From: Candidatus Melainabacteria bacterium 17Bon1m
Lineage (GTDB): Bacteria; Cyanobacteriota; Vampirovibrionia; Obscuribacterales; Obscuribacteraceae
NCBI GenBank assembly: GCA_032128875.1
Contig: JAVLKG010000002.1
Location: 1,066,202 to 1,130,201 of the forward strand
Reading direction: 5' to 3'
Length of the DNA stretch: 64,000 nucleotides
Positions 1 to 9,238 of this stretch are shown here, one piece after another; the first letter of the stretch is position 1, and each line of letters opens with the position of its first letter. The notes below the pieces were generated by a model. The model was given only the letters and a program-made list of their open reading frames with translations. It was not told the DNA's origin and did no database searches. Made by a program: the position numbers and the translations under genes.

Positions 1-3000
1 AATTCCGGTCATAGAATCCTTCGGTTTTGCAGCCGGCATGCCGGTCATCGAATCGCTGGGTTTGGGTGGCGGCGGCGCCGATGCTTCCTTGTCACTTGGA
101 GGCTGCACCTGGGACACTTTGGCAGAAAGCAAGTTCCCAAGACCTGTACTTTTCTTTTGCGATGACTCGAGAGGTGAAGTTGGCTGTGTGGGTGGTTCCA
201 TAGACTCGGAATCAGGCTCTGGTTTCTTAGCTTCTTCAGCAGGCGAAGCGGCTGGTAATTTTGTCTCTGAAAGCTTACCAGCAGAACCCAAAGATTGCAT
301 ACCCGTCTTCGATTCACGAAGGTTTTCGGGAGGTTTTTCCGGTGACTTCTCTGCGGCCTGTGCGCTGTCGGCGTTCTTCTTCGCAAACAATGCACCTAAG
401 CCGGTTTTAGACTCCGATGTGGGTGGTTTATCTTTGCCGGCGGCTGCTTGTAAGAGCCTTGCGGCCGCGCCCGTTCCAGCTGAGCTGTCGGTTTCCGGTT
501 TCTTTGCAGTTGTCTCTGGTTTAATATCCGAAGATTCTTGTTTTAAGAAACTGGCGGCCGCGCTGCCCATAAAATCGGGTTCGGGAGCTTCAGATGACTC
601 GGACGGCTCTTTATCTTCGAGCTCTGGACCTGGTTGGAAAAGATCGTTGGGACTCGTCGCAAATTGGTCGGCCTCAGGCAGAGCCGCCGTTTCACTTTGA
701 GATTCTTTCTGCAATTGAGCTGCTTTATTCGCGGCTTGCGCCAGGCGATCAGCCATCGACATAGGAGTTTTGGACTCTGCCAGCTCATCTACACTGGGAG
801 CAGAAGATAGAAAATCCGGCAATACTTCTTTTTCGTCCGAGCCAAAATTAAATGGCTGCTCATCCGCAACATCTTTAGGCGCGCGCATCAAAAGTTCGCT
901 TTCATCTAAGGCCGGCTCTATGAGCGTCGAATCGTGACGCTTCGGTCGCAGAGGATCTTGTGGCTTAGGCGCTATGGGTTTTTCCTTTGCTGGCGGTTCT
1001 TTCGGCGGCACAGGCGCAGCAGGTGGAGCTGGTGTAGCCGTTGCAGCTGGCTCCTGCGGTTTTGTTTCTTTAGGTGCAATCTCGTCGGCAACGTCTTTCG
1101 GTGCACGAGTCAACAACTCATCTTCGCTGATGGCCGCTTCAATCAATGTCTGATCGTGACGCTTCGGTCTGAGTTGATCTCCCGGCTTTACTGCTGGTTT
1201 TGTCTCGCTGGCGAGCGGTTTTTGTTCTGCTGGTTTGGAAACAGGCGCAGGCGGTGATGGTGGCGGGGGTGGTGCCGGAGGCGTCGACGCAATTGGTGTT
1301 GGTTTTACAGCAGGCTCAGGCGGAGATTTCGCAACCGGAGCCTGTTGCGGCAAATCGGCAACATCTTTAGGGGCGCGCATCAAAAGTTCGCTTTCATCAA
1401 TTGCGGGTTCGATCAATGTTTGATCGGCGCGTTTCGGCCTGCCAAGATCCGGTGATTTTGGAGGCAATGGTTTTGACTCTTGAACCGCCCTCTCTTTGAG
1501 CGTCTCGTCCAGTGGTTTTGATGCTTGAGACTGCGCCGGAGCAGCTGGTTTTGCAGGTGCTGGAGGAGCCGGAGGAATGGGGGCCGGCGGCGGAGGTGGA
1601 GGAGGTGGTGGTGGCGCCGGTCCGTCCGCGATATCGTTCGGAACTCGTGTCAGTAACTCATCTTCCGTTATAACTGGTTCAATAAGCGTCTGATCTGCAC
1701 GTTGGCGTTCTGGTGCAGCTGAAGGCTTGGCAGATAGTGGCGCTGCTGATGCCGCGACTTTTGGTGGCTCTTGTTTGCCTGCAGCTTCTTCTTCTTCGTC
1801 ACCGAAATCAAGCTCTATTGCAGATTTGAACCGCGACATTGCTTCGTTGACTTCTTGTTTCTTTTCTCCTGCCGCTGGTGGCACGGGTGGTGCACCGGAA
1901 GAGGACTGACCAGCCGGGGATGGTGGCATATTTGGTGCACCAGGCGCTTGTGGCGGAACCGAACCCTGAGCTGGAACGCCCATAGGTTGAGTTCTCTGAG
2001 CCTGTGGTGCAGCGCCGATTTTTTGACCTTGTTGAATTTGTTGCCCTTGCGGAGCGCCAGGAGCACCCGGCGGTTTTGGTGCTGCGCCTTGCGGTTGTCC
2101 AGCGCCGATGCGTTGTGGCTGTCCTGCTCCTGGGGCGCCTGGTGCACCGGCAACTGGGCGTGCTGGGGCTCCTGGCTGTGGGGAGGGTGGTGTCATCTGT
2201 GGTGCAGAACCAGAACTTTGAGCATTGGGTGCTTGCGGAATTCCGCCTTGATGATTCGGCACTGCGGCCGGCTGCCCTGGCTGTTGAACAGGATTTTGAC
2301 CGGACTTTTGGACAGCAGGGACCGCAGGACCACCTTTGCTGGGAGGTTGCACAAGTGGTCTGCGTGGTTGGAGCGCAGGATTTGGCAATGGTGGTGTCGC
2401 CTGTGGTGCAACCGCGGCAGCCGGCGTCGGCGTGGGAGGTGGAGGTGGTGTCGCAGGCGGCGGACTTGGTGGTGCTGCTTGCGCTTGCTGCGAAGAAGCA
2501 TAATTGGTGACGGATGGACGAGCCGGTGCCGGCGCTTCCAGCATAGGAGAGATTGTCGGCGTTATACCAAGACCGGGCAACGGAGAGTATCCCGGCGGAG
2601 GAGGGGGCGGAGGTTGTCCTGCCTTGAAAATCGGCGCATTTGGGTCTTCTCCCCATCCGCTTTCAAAGGAAGACTCGCCATTTGAATGAACTTCTTGCCC
2701 TTGACCCTTCTTGAGCCATTTTTCCGGATCTAGTGGAGCAGGCGCTGCTGGAGCGTCGTCGCGTTGCGGTTCCAGCGCCCAGAGATCGTCTCCAATTTCA
2801 CCAGCCAGCGCGCGCGCTGCTTCATTGGTATATGTCATGACCGGCAGTGGTGGGGGAGGTGGTGGTTGAGGGAGATCGTCTCCCCAGGGAATCACTTGAC
2901 CCCCGGACCCGCCGGTAGTAAGCCGCTCTTCGGGCTGAAATTCAAAAGCATCGACCTTGACACTGTCCGTCTTTTTGGTCGGACGCGGCGAAGGAGGCGG

Positions 3001-3960
3001 ACTCTTGATGCCTTTGCAAGCATCCTTGAGGGCTCTCCAGAATTCATTGATATCGGAGTATCTGGCGTCAGGCTTTTTCGCTAATGCTTTTGCAATGACA
3101 CTTTCCAATTCATCAGGAAACTTGAGGTCGCTGCGAACGGCGCCCAATTTTATCGGCGGTTCGGTGACGTGTGCGAGCATGAGTGCTCGGTGTTCTTCAT
3201 GCTGGAATGGTCTCTCGCCGGTCAGCATCTCGAAAACCATGACAGCCATAGAATATATGTCACTGCGAGCATCGAGCGGCATGCCCTGGCACTGCTCCGG
3301 GCTCATGTATGCGGGACTTCCCGCTACTGTTTTCGGACGCCCGACTTGAGCGGATTTGGCTTCAGGTACATCGGCAATACCGAAGTCGAGAACTTTTACG
3401 TAGTCATTAACATAGTCGTCACCATCGCCCATTTCTTCCAGAACAATGTTTTCCGGCTTGATGTCACGGTGAACGATGTCTTGCGAATGAGCTTCTGAAA
3501 GCGCATCGCAAACTTGCTCCACGATTGGCAGTGCGCGAGACGGGTGCAGGAATTTGCGCTCTTTGATCAGGTCGGCAAGAGTTCCGCCTTCCAGGTAATC
3601 CATGACCAGATAAGGCTGTTGGTCATCAGTGATGCCGTGTTCCCAGAGGGTGATAATGTGCGGATGGCGCAATTTGCTTGCCGCTGCAAACTCTCTCAAG
3701 ACTCTGTCCAAAGAACCAGAGTCGGCTCCCAAGAAGCTGTGCAGCACTTTGACAGCCACTTCTCGTCCCATCATCAGACGGGTCGCTTTGTACACGATGC
3801 CGCTCGAGCCTTTGCCGATGACAGAATCGACAACATAACGGTCGTTGATCAAAGCGCCGATAAGTGGGTCTTTACCGACCGACTCAAGAACGGAATTGTC
3901 CCTTGGACAAGCCGCCATTCCGTCGGCAAAGTACTGATTGCATCTGAGACAAAGCTTCAT
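1..3960 (-). CDS. Hanks-type Ser/Thr protein kinase with N-terminal zinc ribbon and very long Pro/Ala/Gln-rich disordered tail; 3' end runs off the window
   Basis: Read manually because it is absent from the ORF track (no stop inside the window). ATG at 3960 gives MKLCLRCNQYFADGMAACPRD..., then GKGSSGIVYKA, VAVKVL, HRDIKPEN, DFG, GSPAYMSPEQ. The frame is open to position 1 (...DSMTGI). Confidence 0.93.
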   Translation of the reverse strand, partial: MKLCLRCNQYFADGMAACPRDNSVLESVGKDPLIGALINDRYVVDSVIGKGSSGIVYKATRLMMGREVAVKVLHSFLGADSGSLDRVLREFAAASKLRHPHIITLWEHGITDDQQPYLVMDYLEGGTLADLIKERKFLHPSRALPIVEQVCDALSEAHSQDIVHRDIKPENIVLEEMGDGDDYVNDYVKVLDFGIADVPEAKSAQVGRPKTVAGSPAYMSPEQCQGMPLDARSDIYSMAVMVFEMLTGERPFQHEEHRALMLAHVTEPPIKLGAVRSDLKFPDELESVIAKALAKKPDARYSDINEFWRALKDACKGIKSPPPSPRPTKKTDSVKVDAFEFQPEERLTTGGSGGQVIPWGDDLPQPPPPPPLPVMTYTNEAARALAGEIGDDLWALEPQRDDAPAAPAPLDPEKWLKKGQGQEVHSNGESSFESGWGEDPNAPIFKAGQPPPPPPPGYSPLPGLGITPTISPMLEAPAPARPSVTNYASSQQAQAAPPSPPPATPPPPPTPTPAAAVAPQATPPLPNPALQPRRPLVQPPSKGGPAVPAVQKSGQNPVQQPGQPAAVPNHQGGIPQAPNAQSSGSAPQMTPPSPQPGAPARPVAGAPGAPGAGQPQRIGAGQPQGAAPKPPGAPGAPQGQQIQQGQKIGAAPQAQRTQPMGVPAQGSVPPQAPGAPNMPPSPAGQSSSGAPPVPPAAGEKKQEVNEAMSRFKSAIELDFGDEEEEAAGKQEPPKVAASAAPLSAKPSAAPERQRADQTLIEPVITEDELLTRVPNDIADGPAPPPPPPPPPPAPIPPAPPAPAKPAAPAQSQASKPLDETLKERAVQESKPLPPKSPDLGRPKRADQTLIEPAIDESELLMRAPKDVADLPQQAPVAKSPPEPAVKPTPIASTPPAPPPPPSPPAPVSKPAEQKPLASETKPAVKPGDQLRPKRHDQTLIEAAISEDELLTRAPKDVADEIAPKETKPQEPAATATPAPPAAPVPPKEPPAKEKPIAPKPQDPLRPKRHDSTLIEPALDESELLMRAPKDVADEQPFNFGSDEKEVLPDFLSSAPSVDELAESKTPMSMADRLAQAANKAAQLQKESQSETAALPEADQFATSPNDLFQPGPELEDKEPSESSEAPEPDFMGSAAASFLKQESSDIKPETTAKKPETDSSAGTGAAARLLQAAAGKDKPPTSESKTGLGALFAKKNADSAQAAEKSPEKPPENLRESKTGMQSLGSAGKLSETKLPAASPAEEAKKPEPDSESMEPPTQPTSPLESSQKKSTGLGNLLSAKVSQVQPPSDKEASAPPPPKPSDSMTGMPAAKPKDSMTGI
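862..1701 (-). repeat. Four dispersed copies of a 26-aa motif R-[AH]-D-[QS]-T-L-I-E-x-x-[IL]-x-E-[DS]-E-L-L-[TM]-R-x-P-x-D-[IV]-A-D in the kinase tail
   Basis: Copies at 1624-1701, 1354-1431, 1084-1161 and 862-939, separated by Pro-rich linkers. Confidence 0.9.
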
Positions 3961-4194
3961 GTGTTGCGGTTTTAGGCTTCCTGTAGTTTCAGCTACTTAG
4001 TGATAAATGCTTGCCCCGGGTGTGATTCTGTTCCGGCTCACGCCATATTGATTAACGCCAGCAACAGGTGAAGGAACCGTGCCCCCTCATTTAAGATACC
4101 CTGTTAATAAATCAATATTCGTCATAAGACAAAAAACAAAGGTTTTTCACAGGTTAAATTCGCTGTTCCGCCACTTGACCGCCTCTCAAGGCCT

Positions 4195-5394
4195 TCAGAT
4201 TGTGGAAACTTTGCTCTGGCGAGCATACCAGTCTCCAGGCAAGCGCTCGACAATACCCGCCAACTCAAGCATGGTAAGGGTCGCAGACAGCTCGCCTGCG
4301 GACATTTCCAGCTTTTGGCTCAAAACATCAAAGTGCACCGGCTCGCCCGTTACCAGTTCGAATACTTCCTTTTCGCGACCAAAAAGTTCGACCATAGTCG
4401 GTACTTCTCGCGGCGTCGGAACTGATACCCAGTTGAGAGCATTCAAAACGTCAATGTAATTCATGACCAGTTGAGCTTTATTGGCCGCAATGAGCTTATT
4501 GCAACCCATCGACATCGGAGCGTCGACGCGCCCCGGTATCGCGAAGATTTCACGGCTTTGTTCAAAACCGATGTCAGCCGTTATTAAGGAACCGGAAGTT
4601 GCTCCTGCCTCAATTACGACTACACCTTTGCTTAGTCCGCTGATAATTCTGTTGCGGGCGGGAAACCGCCAAGGTTCAGGCTTTGTACCGGGAAAGAATT
4701 CGGAAAGAACAGCACCATGAGTACCGTCGATCAGACCGTTGTAGAGGGGTTTGTTTGAAGTCGGGTAGCAAAGATCTGGACCACTAGCCAAGACCGCTAC
4801 AGTCCTGCCACCACCTTCGATGGCTCCCCAGTGGCAAAGCGAATCAACACCAACTGCCATGCCACTGACTACCGTTGCACCGGCTTGCGCCAATCCACGG
4901 GCGAACTCCTTAGCCAACCTTTGTCCGTAAGTTGTCGGTCTGCGAGTGCCGACAATAGCAATCGAATGATCCAATTCCTGCGGAGTGAGCTGCCCTTTCA
5001 TGTAGAGGACAATCGGAGGATCGGCGATTTCACGCAGCCGAGACGGATAGAGCGGATGGTTCAACGGCAATGCTGTAACGCCAGTTTTTTCAAGCGTTTC
5101 TAATAACTGATCGAAATTCACTTCTTTGCGCTTTTGGACGATTTGCTCAATTTGTTCGGTCTTTAGCCAAGGCAAAGTCCTAAGCTCGGCGGCGCTTGCG
5201 ATCCATGCCGCTTCGATAGACAAAAAGTGGTCGAAAAGCATGCGTAGCCGCTTTCCACCAAGACCAACTCCGGACAACTGGTCGAACGCCAGCCAGTATG
5301 GCAACTCACGAGTCAGTTGTTGTCGCAACTCTTTTTCGTCGCGGTTGGTAATTTCGCTGAAAACTTCATCGTCCGGCAGTTGGCCGCAACTCAT
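4195..5394 (-). CDS. dprA: DNA-processing protein DprA/Smf
   Basis: Motifs YPSRLREIADPP, AIVGTR, VSGMAVGVD, FPARNRIISGLS, SGSLITA and a C-terminal winged helix (LELAG). Start placed at ATG 5394, downstream of GAGGAG. Confidence 0.95.
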   Translation of the reverse strand: MSCGQLPDDEVFSEITNRDEKELRQQLTRELPYWLAFDQLSGVGLGGKRLRMLFDHFLSIEAAWIASAAELRTLPWLKTEQIEQIVQKRKEVNFDQLLETLEKTGVTALPLNHPLYPSRLREIADPPIVLYMKGQLTPQELDHSIAIVGTRRPTTYGQRLAKEFARGLAQAGATVVSGMAVGVDSLCHWGAIEGGGRTVAVLASGPDLCYPTSNKPLYNGLIDGTHGAVLSEFFPGTKPEPWRFPARNRIISGLSKGVVVIEAGATSGSLITADIGFEQSREIFAIPGRVDAPMSMGCNKLIAANKAQLVMNYIDVLNALNWVSVPTPREVPTMVELFGREKEVFELVTGEPVHFDVLSQKLEMSAGELSATLTMLELAGIVERLPGDWYARQSKVSTI

Positions 5395-5644
5395 GTCGAC
5401 TCTCCTCAGGCCCAAAACCCAATAACTCTTACTGTCGTGTCCCCCGGACAAGTTGGAAAACAGGTGCTCGCTGATTGTGACAGACCCTACATGTTTAACG
5501 CATCTACAAATAATTTATCGGTCGCCCACTGCCCCAGGTTGGGATTCTTCTCCCCACTACCAACCATCCCTAACTGCATATAAGCATGTCTACGTAATTT
5601 CACCAGTTACAGTCCCTTGCGCCAATTTTATGATTCCAAGCATC

Positions 5645-6385
5645 ATGAAAAATCCGCGATACATTGTCATCGCGCGCCTGGGCGCTCTCATTGTCCTGGC
5701 GGCAAGCTTATCCACCGCCGTCATGGCGCAGGAGCCCGCCGCCAGCCGTCCTGCACCTTTCAAACTGAACGCTCAAGTCAACCAAAATCCGCAATTGAGC
5801 CGTGAGGGGGGCGATATGATCGTCTCTCATCTCTCTCCTGCAAATCAGCAACAGACAAGCGGACTAATTCCGCCCGGTGTGCCTGCTCAGGCAAAAGTCG
5901 CTCCTGGTCCCTTAGGGTTCAATCCAAATTCTCCACTTATCGGCAATGCTCGAGCTGTTGCCGAGTCCCAACAAGCTCCTCAGGCCTATCTAAGCGAGTA
6001 CGACGTTGACTGGTCCAGTTGGATTAGCCAAATGGCCGCTCGTTGGCATTACAACCTGAAGAGGTTGGAAGCACAATCGAATATTTGCTTTGTTACTGAA
6101 CGCCCTGCTTTGATTCAATTTACCTGTGCCTCGAATGGGCAGGTCGGCAATTTTTCTCTAAAACAGTCGTCCGGTATATATGCGTACGACCAGTTGCAGA
6201 TGTTAGCATTGAGTCAGGTTACCCCTTTGCCGCCATTTCCCAAGGGGACCAGATGCGCCACCATTACTCTTGTACAGGGTTGGGAATCGCATGCAAAACA
6301 ACCGGGAGAAAACGGTTTTGATCCAAGAGCGTTTGGACGGCGCTTTCCAATGGAGAAAGTCCAGCAATGGGTAAGGTCAAACTAA
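5645..6385 (+). CDS. Secreted protein with TonB C-terminal-like domain
   Basis: Signal peptide from ATG 5645 (MKNPRYIVIARLGALIVLAAS...A). C-terminal pattern IQF...NGQV...SSG..AYD..AL....PLPPFP is typical of TonB_C/TolA_C folds. Confidence 0.65.
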   Translation: MKNPRYIVIARLGALIVLAASLSTAVMAQEPAASRPAPFKLNAQVNQNPQLSREGGDMIVSHLSPANQQQTSGLIPPGVPAQAKVAPGPLGFNPNSPLIGNARAVAESQQAPQAYLSEYDVDWSSWISQMAARWHYNLKRLEAQSNICFVTERPALIQFTCASNGQVGNFSLKQSSGIYAYDQLQMLALSQVTPLPPFPKGTRCATITLVQGWESHAKQPGENGFDPRAFGRRFPMEKVQQWVRSN

Positions 6386-7728
6386 GCACCTCACTTACTA
6401 GTCTTCTTTTATCTGTAAATCTAGCTCTGGCAGGCGTTTTCTCAATCCCTGCCCTGGGACAAGGCACCGGTGGCAGTGTCAAACAGCAGCTATCGGCTTT
6501 GGAACAACGACTGTTTTTCAAAACCTACGAAGATGCCGACGACCAATCTCGCCTGCAGAGAATTGAAAAACAGGTATTCGGTCAACCTCTGGAAGGGGCT
6601 ACACAAGAGCGTCTTTCAAAGATAAGTTCTGCTCTGCCGCCAATGCGCGAACCGGAGCGCACCGCGCCTGGTGCACCACAACAGCAGCCGGCGCCACCAC
6701 AGGCGACACAACAAAGTCATAACGAATATGAAGCCGAAGACGCAATTGAAAAAGCTCGATTGCAGGTTCAAGCCGCCAAAGAGGCAGAACTTCAGCGGCT
6801 TCTAGCAGAAGGGGTGCAGCTCTGGCGCAATCGAAGAGCACATGAAGCGACCGAAAAATTCGAACAGGTCATTCGGCTTGATCCGAATAATGCCGAAGCA
6901 CATTTTAGTATGGGCATTATTTATGAGGCGTCCGGCAACTTTGCCGAGGCCCTTTCCAGTTATCAGCGCGCATCGGCATCAAGGCCGGACAATAAGGATT
7001 ATAAGAGCGCTATTGGCGATGTAGAAAAGAAAGCGCGCTCCAAAGAGAAAAACGATGGCTTGAGTGGCGAGCTGAAGATGATGGCAGAAGATGCCGCAGC
7101 AGCATTTAGGCGCGGTGAGTACATGTCGGCTCTCGACCTATATAAGCAGTTCGAAGCGCGCACACCGCCGCAGGCAAATATCAAATACAACATCGGGACG
7201 ATTTATCTGATGATGAAAAACTATCAGATGGCGCTCGAATACTACAAGCAAGCAAAAAAGCTCAAGCCTTCCGAACCTAAATATGTGCAAGCTGTGCAAC
7301 AGCTGGAAAGCAATATGAAGAAGGACACCGCTGAGCGCAAGCAGGCGCAAAAGGAATCTCAAGCCGCCTACGAAGAGCAGGAAAAGCGGCGTATGCAGGC
7401 GCAAAACCGTAACGTGCCTAATATCAATCCAGGGGCGAATAAATTTGCTCAGCTCGGCACCCAACCCTCTGCACAAAAGGGTCAGGAGTTTATGAACAGC
7501 GTCGGGCTAATCGGAAAGAGCGGGCGCGACGGTGTCGTGATAGTGGCAGTGGGAATTGCCTCGAGAGCGACGCGAGCCGGAATATTGCAAGGCGATGTAA
7601 TCAAAGCGGTTGATGGAATGGTCATCAAAAGCACCGGCGATCTCAACAGTGCCATCGAGTCCAAAGGTGGCCAGCAAATACAGTTGACCGTGCAACGTGG
7701 AAATCAGCTCGGTCTGGTGCGCTTCTAA
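6367..7728 (+). CDS. Secreted TPR-repeat protein with C-terminal PDZ domain
   Basis: Signal peptide; TPRs (LDPNNAEAHFSMGIIY, KYNIGTIY); PDZ-like A.RAGILQGDVIKAVDG...LTVQRG. Confidence 0.85.
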   Translation: MGKVKLSTSLTSLLLSVNLALAGVFSIPALGQGTGGSVKQQLSALEQRLFFKTYEDADDQSRLQRIEKQVFGQPLEGATQERLSKISSALPPMREPERTAPGAPQQQPAPPQATQQSHNEYEAEDAIEKARLQVQAAKEAELQRLLAEGVQLWRNRRAHEATEKFEQVIRLDPNNAEAHFSMGIIYEASGNFAEALSSYQRASASRPDNKDYKSAIGDVEKKARSKEKNDGLSGELKMMAEDAAAAFRRGEYMSALDLYKQFEARTPPQANIKYNIGTIYLMMKNYQMALEYYKQAKKLKPSEPKYVQAVQQLESNMKKDTAERKQAQKESQAAYEEQEKRRMQAQNRNVPNINPGANKFAQLGTQPSAQKGQEFMNSVGLIGKSGRDGVVIVAVGIASRATRAGILQGDVIKAVDGMVIKSTGDLNSAIESKGGQQIQLTVQRGNQLGLVRF

Positions 7729-7772
7729 AACTTGCGTTTTAATAGCATTAATAAGGATGGGGCAGTATTTCC

Positions 7773-7865
7773 TTGCATTTCGGCAGTTTTTCTTGCCAAT
7801 CAACTCAAAACCAATGCCAGGTAAGAAATCCCGGCTTTCAATCTGAATCGAACTGCCGAATGCAA
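7773..7865. repeat. Long-spaced inverted repeat between convergent genes
   Basis: TTGCATTTCGGCAGTT (7773-7788) pairs with AACTGCCGAATGCAA (7851-7865) with a one-base bulge and about 62 nt of spacer. Confidence 0.5.
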
Positions 7866-7869
7866 AAAT

Positions 7870-9054
7870 CTATTTTGCGTGTGCCAATTCGGTTGTCTTA
7901 CTGCTTGCGGATGCCTGAGCGGCGCCGGATCCACCAACATGCTTGATATTGTATATGGTGTCACGCTCAACGGGCGTGTAACCAGCTTGGGAAATCAGAT
8001 ATTCCATCTCTTCTTTCGCCAGTTGCAGCGGCGTCATGGCGCCAGCAGCGTGCGTTATCTTCTCTTCGCCAATGGTGCCGTCCATATCGTCTGCGCCGAA
8101 TGAAAGCGCTATTTGCGCTATTTTTTCGCCGAGTTGAATCCAGTAAGCTTTGATGTGCGGGAAATTGTCCAGCAAAATGCGCGACACCGCTACGTCTTTG
8201 AGCAAGTCATATCCTGTCGGCTCTTCAACTTCACCTTTGATAGTGGTGCCTTCGTAGTAGCACTTCAGTGGAATGAAACATTGGAAGCCGCCGGTTTTGT
8301 CTTGTTGTTCTCGCAACAAGAGCATGTGATCGACTTTGTTTTCAATTGATTCGCTAATACCTGTGAGCATCGTAGCGTTACTGTACAAGCCAAGCTTGTG
8401 TGCGATGCCATGAATTTCCAACCAGACGTGTGCTGGTGTCTTCTTCACAGCCATGCGCTGACGAACGCCTTCGTCAAATATTTCGGCGCCGCCGCCGGGC
8501 ATTGACTGAAGACCCGCTGCAATCAAGCGTTTTAAGCAATCTTCGTAGCTGATCTTTTCACGATCGGCCAGGTATTCGATTTCTACCGCAGTCATTGCTT
8601 TCATATGGATGTGCGGGAATTTTGCCTTAATCTCTTTGAGAATCGTCTCGTAGTATTTGAGATCTGCAGCCGGGGTGAGACCTCCAACCATGTGGATTTC
8701 GTTGATGCCTAATGCAGCACCTTTAGCGGCTTCTTCCAAAACCCGCTCGACAGACCACATGTACGCCTTGCCTTTTTCGGCAGGATTGGCGTACGAGCAG
8801 AATTTGCATGTCTCACCGCAAATATTCGTCGGGTTGAGATGCATGTTGTGGATGTAATAAACGTACTTTTCTTTGTCCAGTCCGGCTTTTTTCTTTCGAG
8901 CGTATTCGCCGAGTGCGCCGATCACTGTGAGGTCATTGGACTGATAGAGTCGAATCGCATCGTCGCGCGTGATGCGGGTGCCGTTAACTACCTTCTCTGC
9001 AATATCGCTGAGCGGGTGTTTGCTTTCAATGATTTTTTCTATCGCAAGTTCCAC
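7870..9054 (-). CDS. mqnE: Radical SAM enzyme of the CofH/MqnC/MqnE family, most like aminofutalosine synthase (futalosine menaquinone pathway)
   Basis: HLNPTNICGETCKFC (CxxxCxxC), EIHMVGG, MPGGGAEIF, HIKAYW, FGADDMDGT.EEKITHAAGA. Confidence 0.85.
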   Translation of the reverse strand: MELAIEKIIESKHPLSDIAEKVVNGTRITRDDAIRLYQSNDLTVIGALGEYARKKKAGLDKEKYVYYIHNMHLNPTNICGETCKFCSYANPAEKGKAYMWSVERVLEEAAKGAALGINEIHMVGGLTPAADLKYYETILKEIKAKFPHIHMKAMTAVEIEYLADREKISYEDCLKRLIAAGLQSMPGGGAEIFDEGVRQRMAVKKTPAHVWLEIHGIAHKLGLYSNATMLTGISESIENKVDHMLLLREQQDKTGGFQCFIPLKCYYEGTTIKGEVEEPTGYDLLKDVAVSRILLDNFPHIKAYWIQLGEKIAQIALSFGADDMDGTIGEEKITHAAGAMTPLQLAKEEMEYLISQAGYTPVERDTIYNIKHVGGSGAAQASASSKTTELAHAK

Positions 9055-9238
9055 TTTCTCGTCCTCAAGATTCCGGTCGGCTGCTGCGGTTGAAATGCTC
9101 GCTGTGCAAGCCTGGACTTAATTACAATGCGGTTGATCCTATCATGTCGGCGGCTTGTAACCGACCAGGCAGGCCCTCTTGTTGAGATAATGTCGTGATA
9201 GAGATTAGATATGGTTATTCTTTCGGGAAAGCGCCGGA

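Noticed and set aside
862-1701. Regularly spaced repeats as a possible CRISPR array
   Set aside because: Units are 78 nt, in frame and vary mostly at synonymous positions, spacers are 144-192 nt, and no cas genes are present.
38-3975. Many long track ORFs on both strands (for example 38-700, 1771-2685, 1808-2656)
   Set aside because: They are shadow frames of the GC-rich, Pro-rich kinase gene on the minus strand and have no recognisable motifs.
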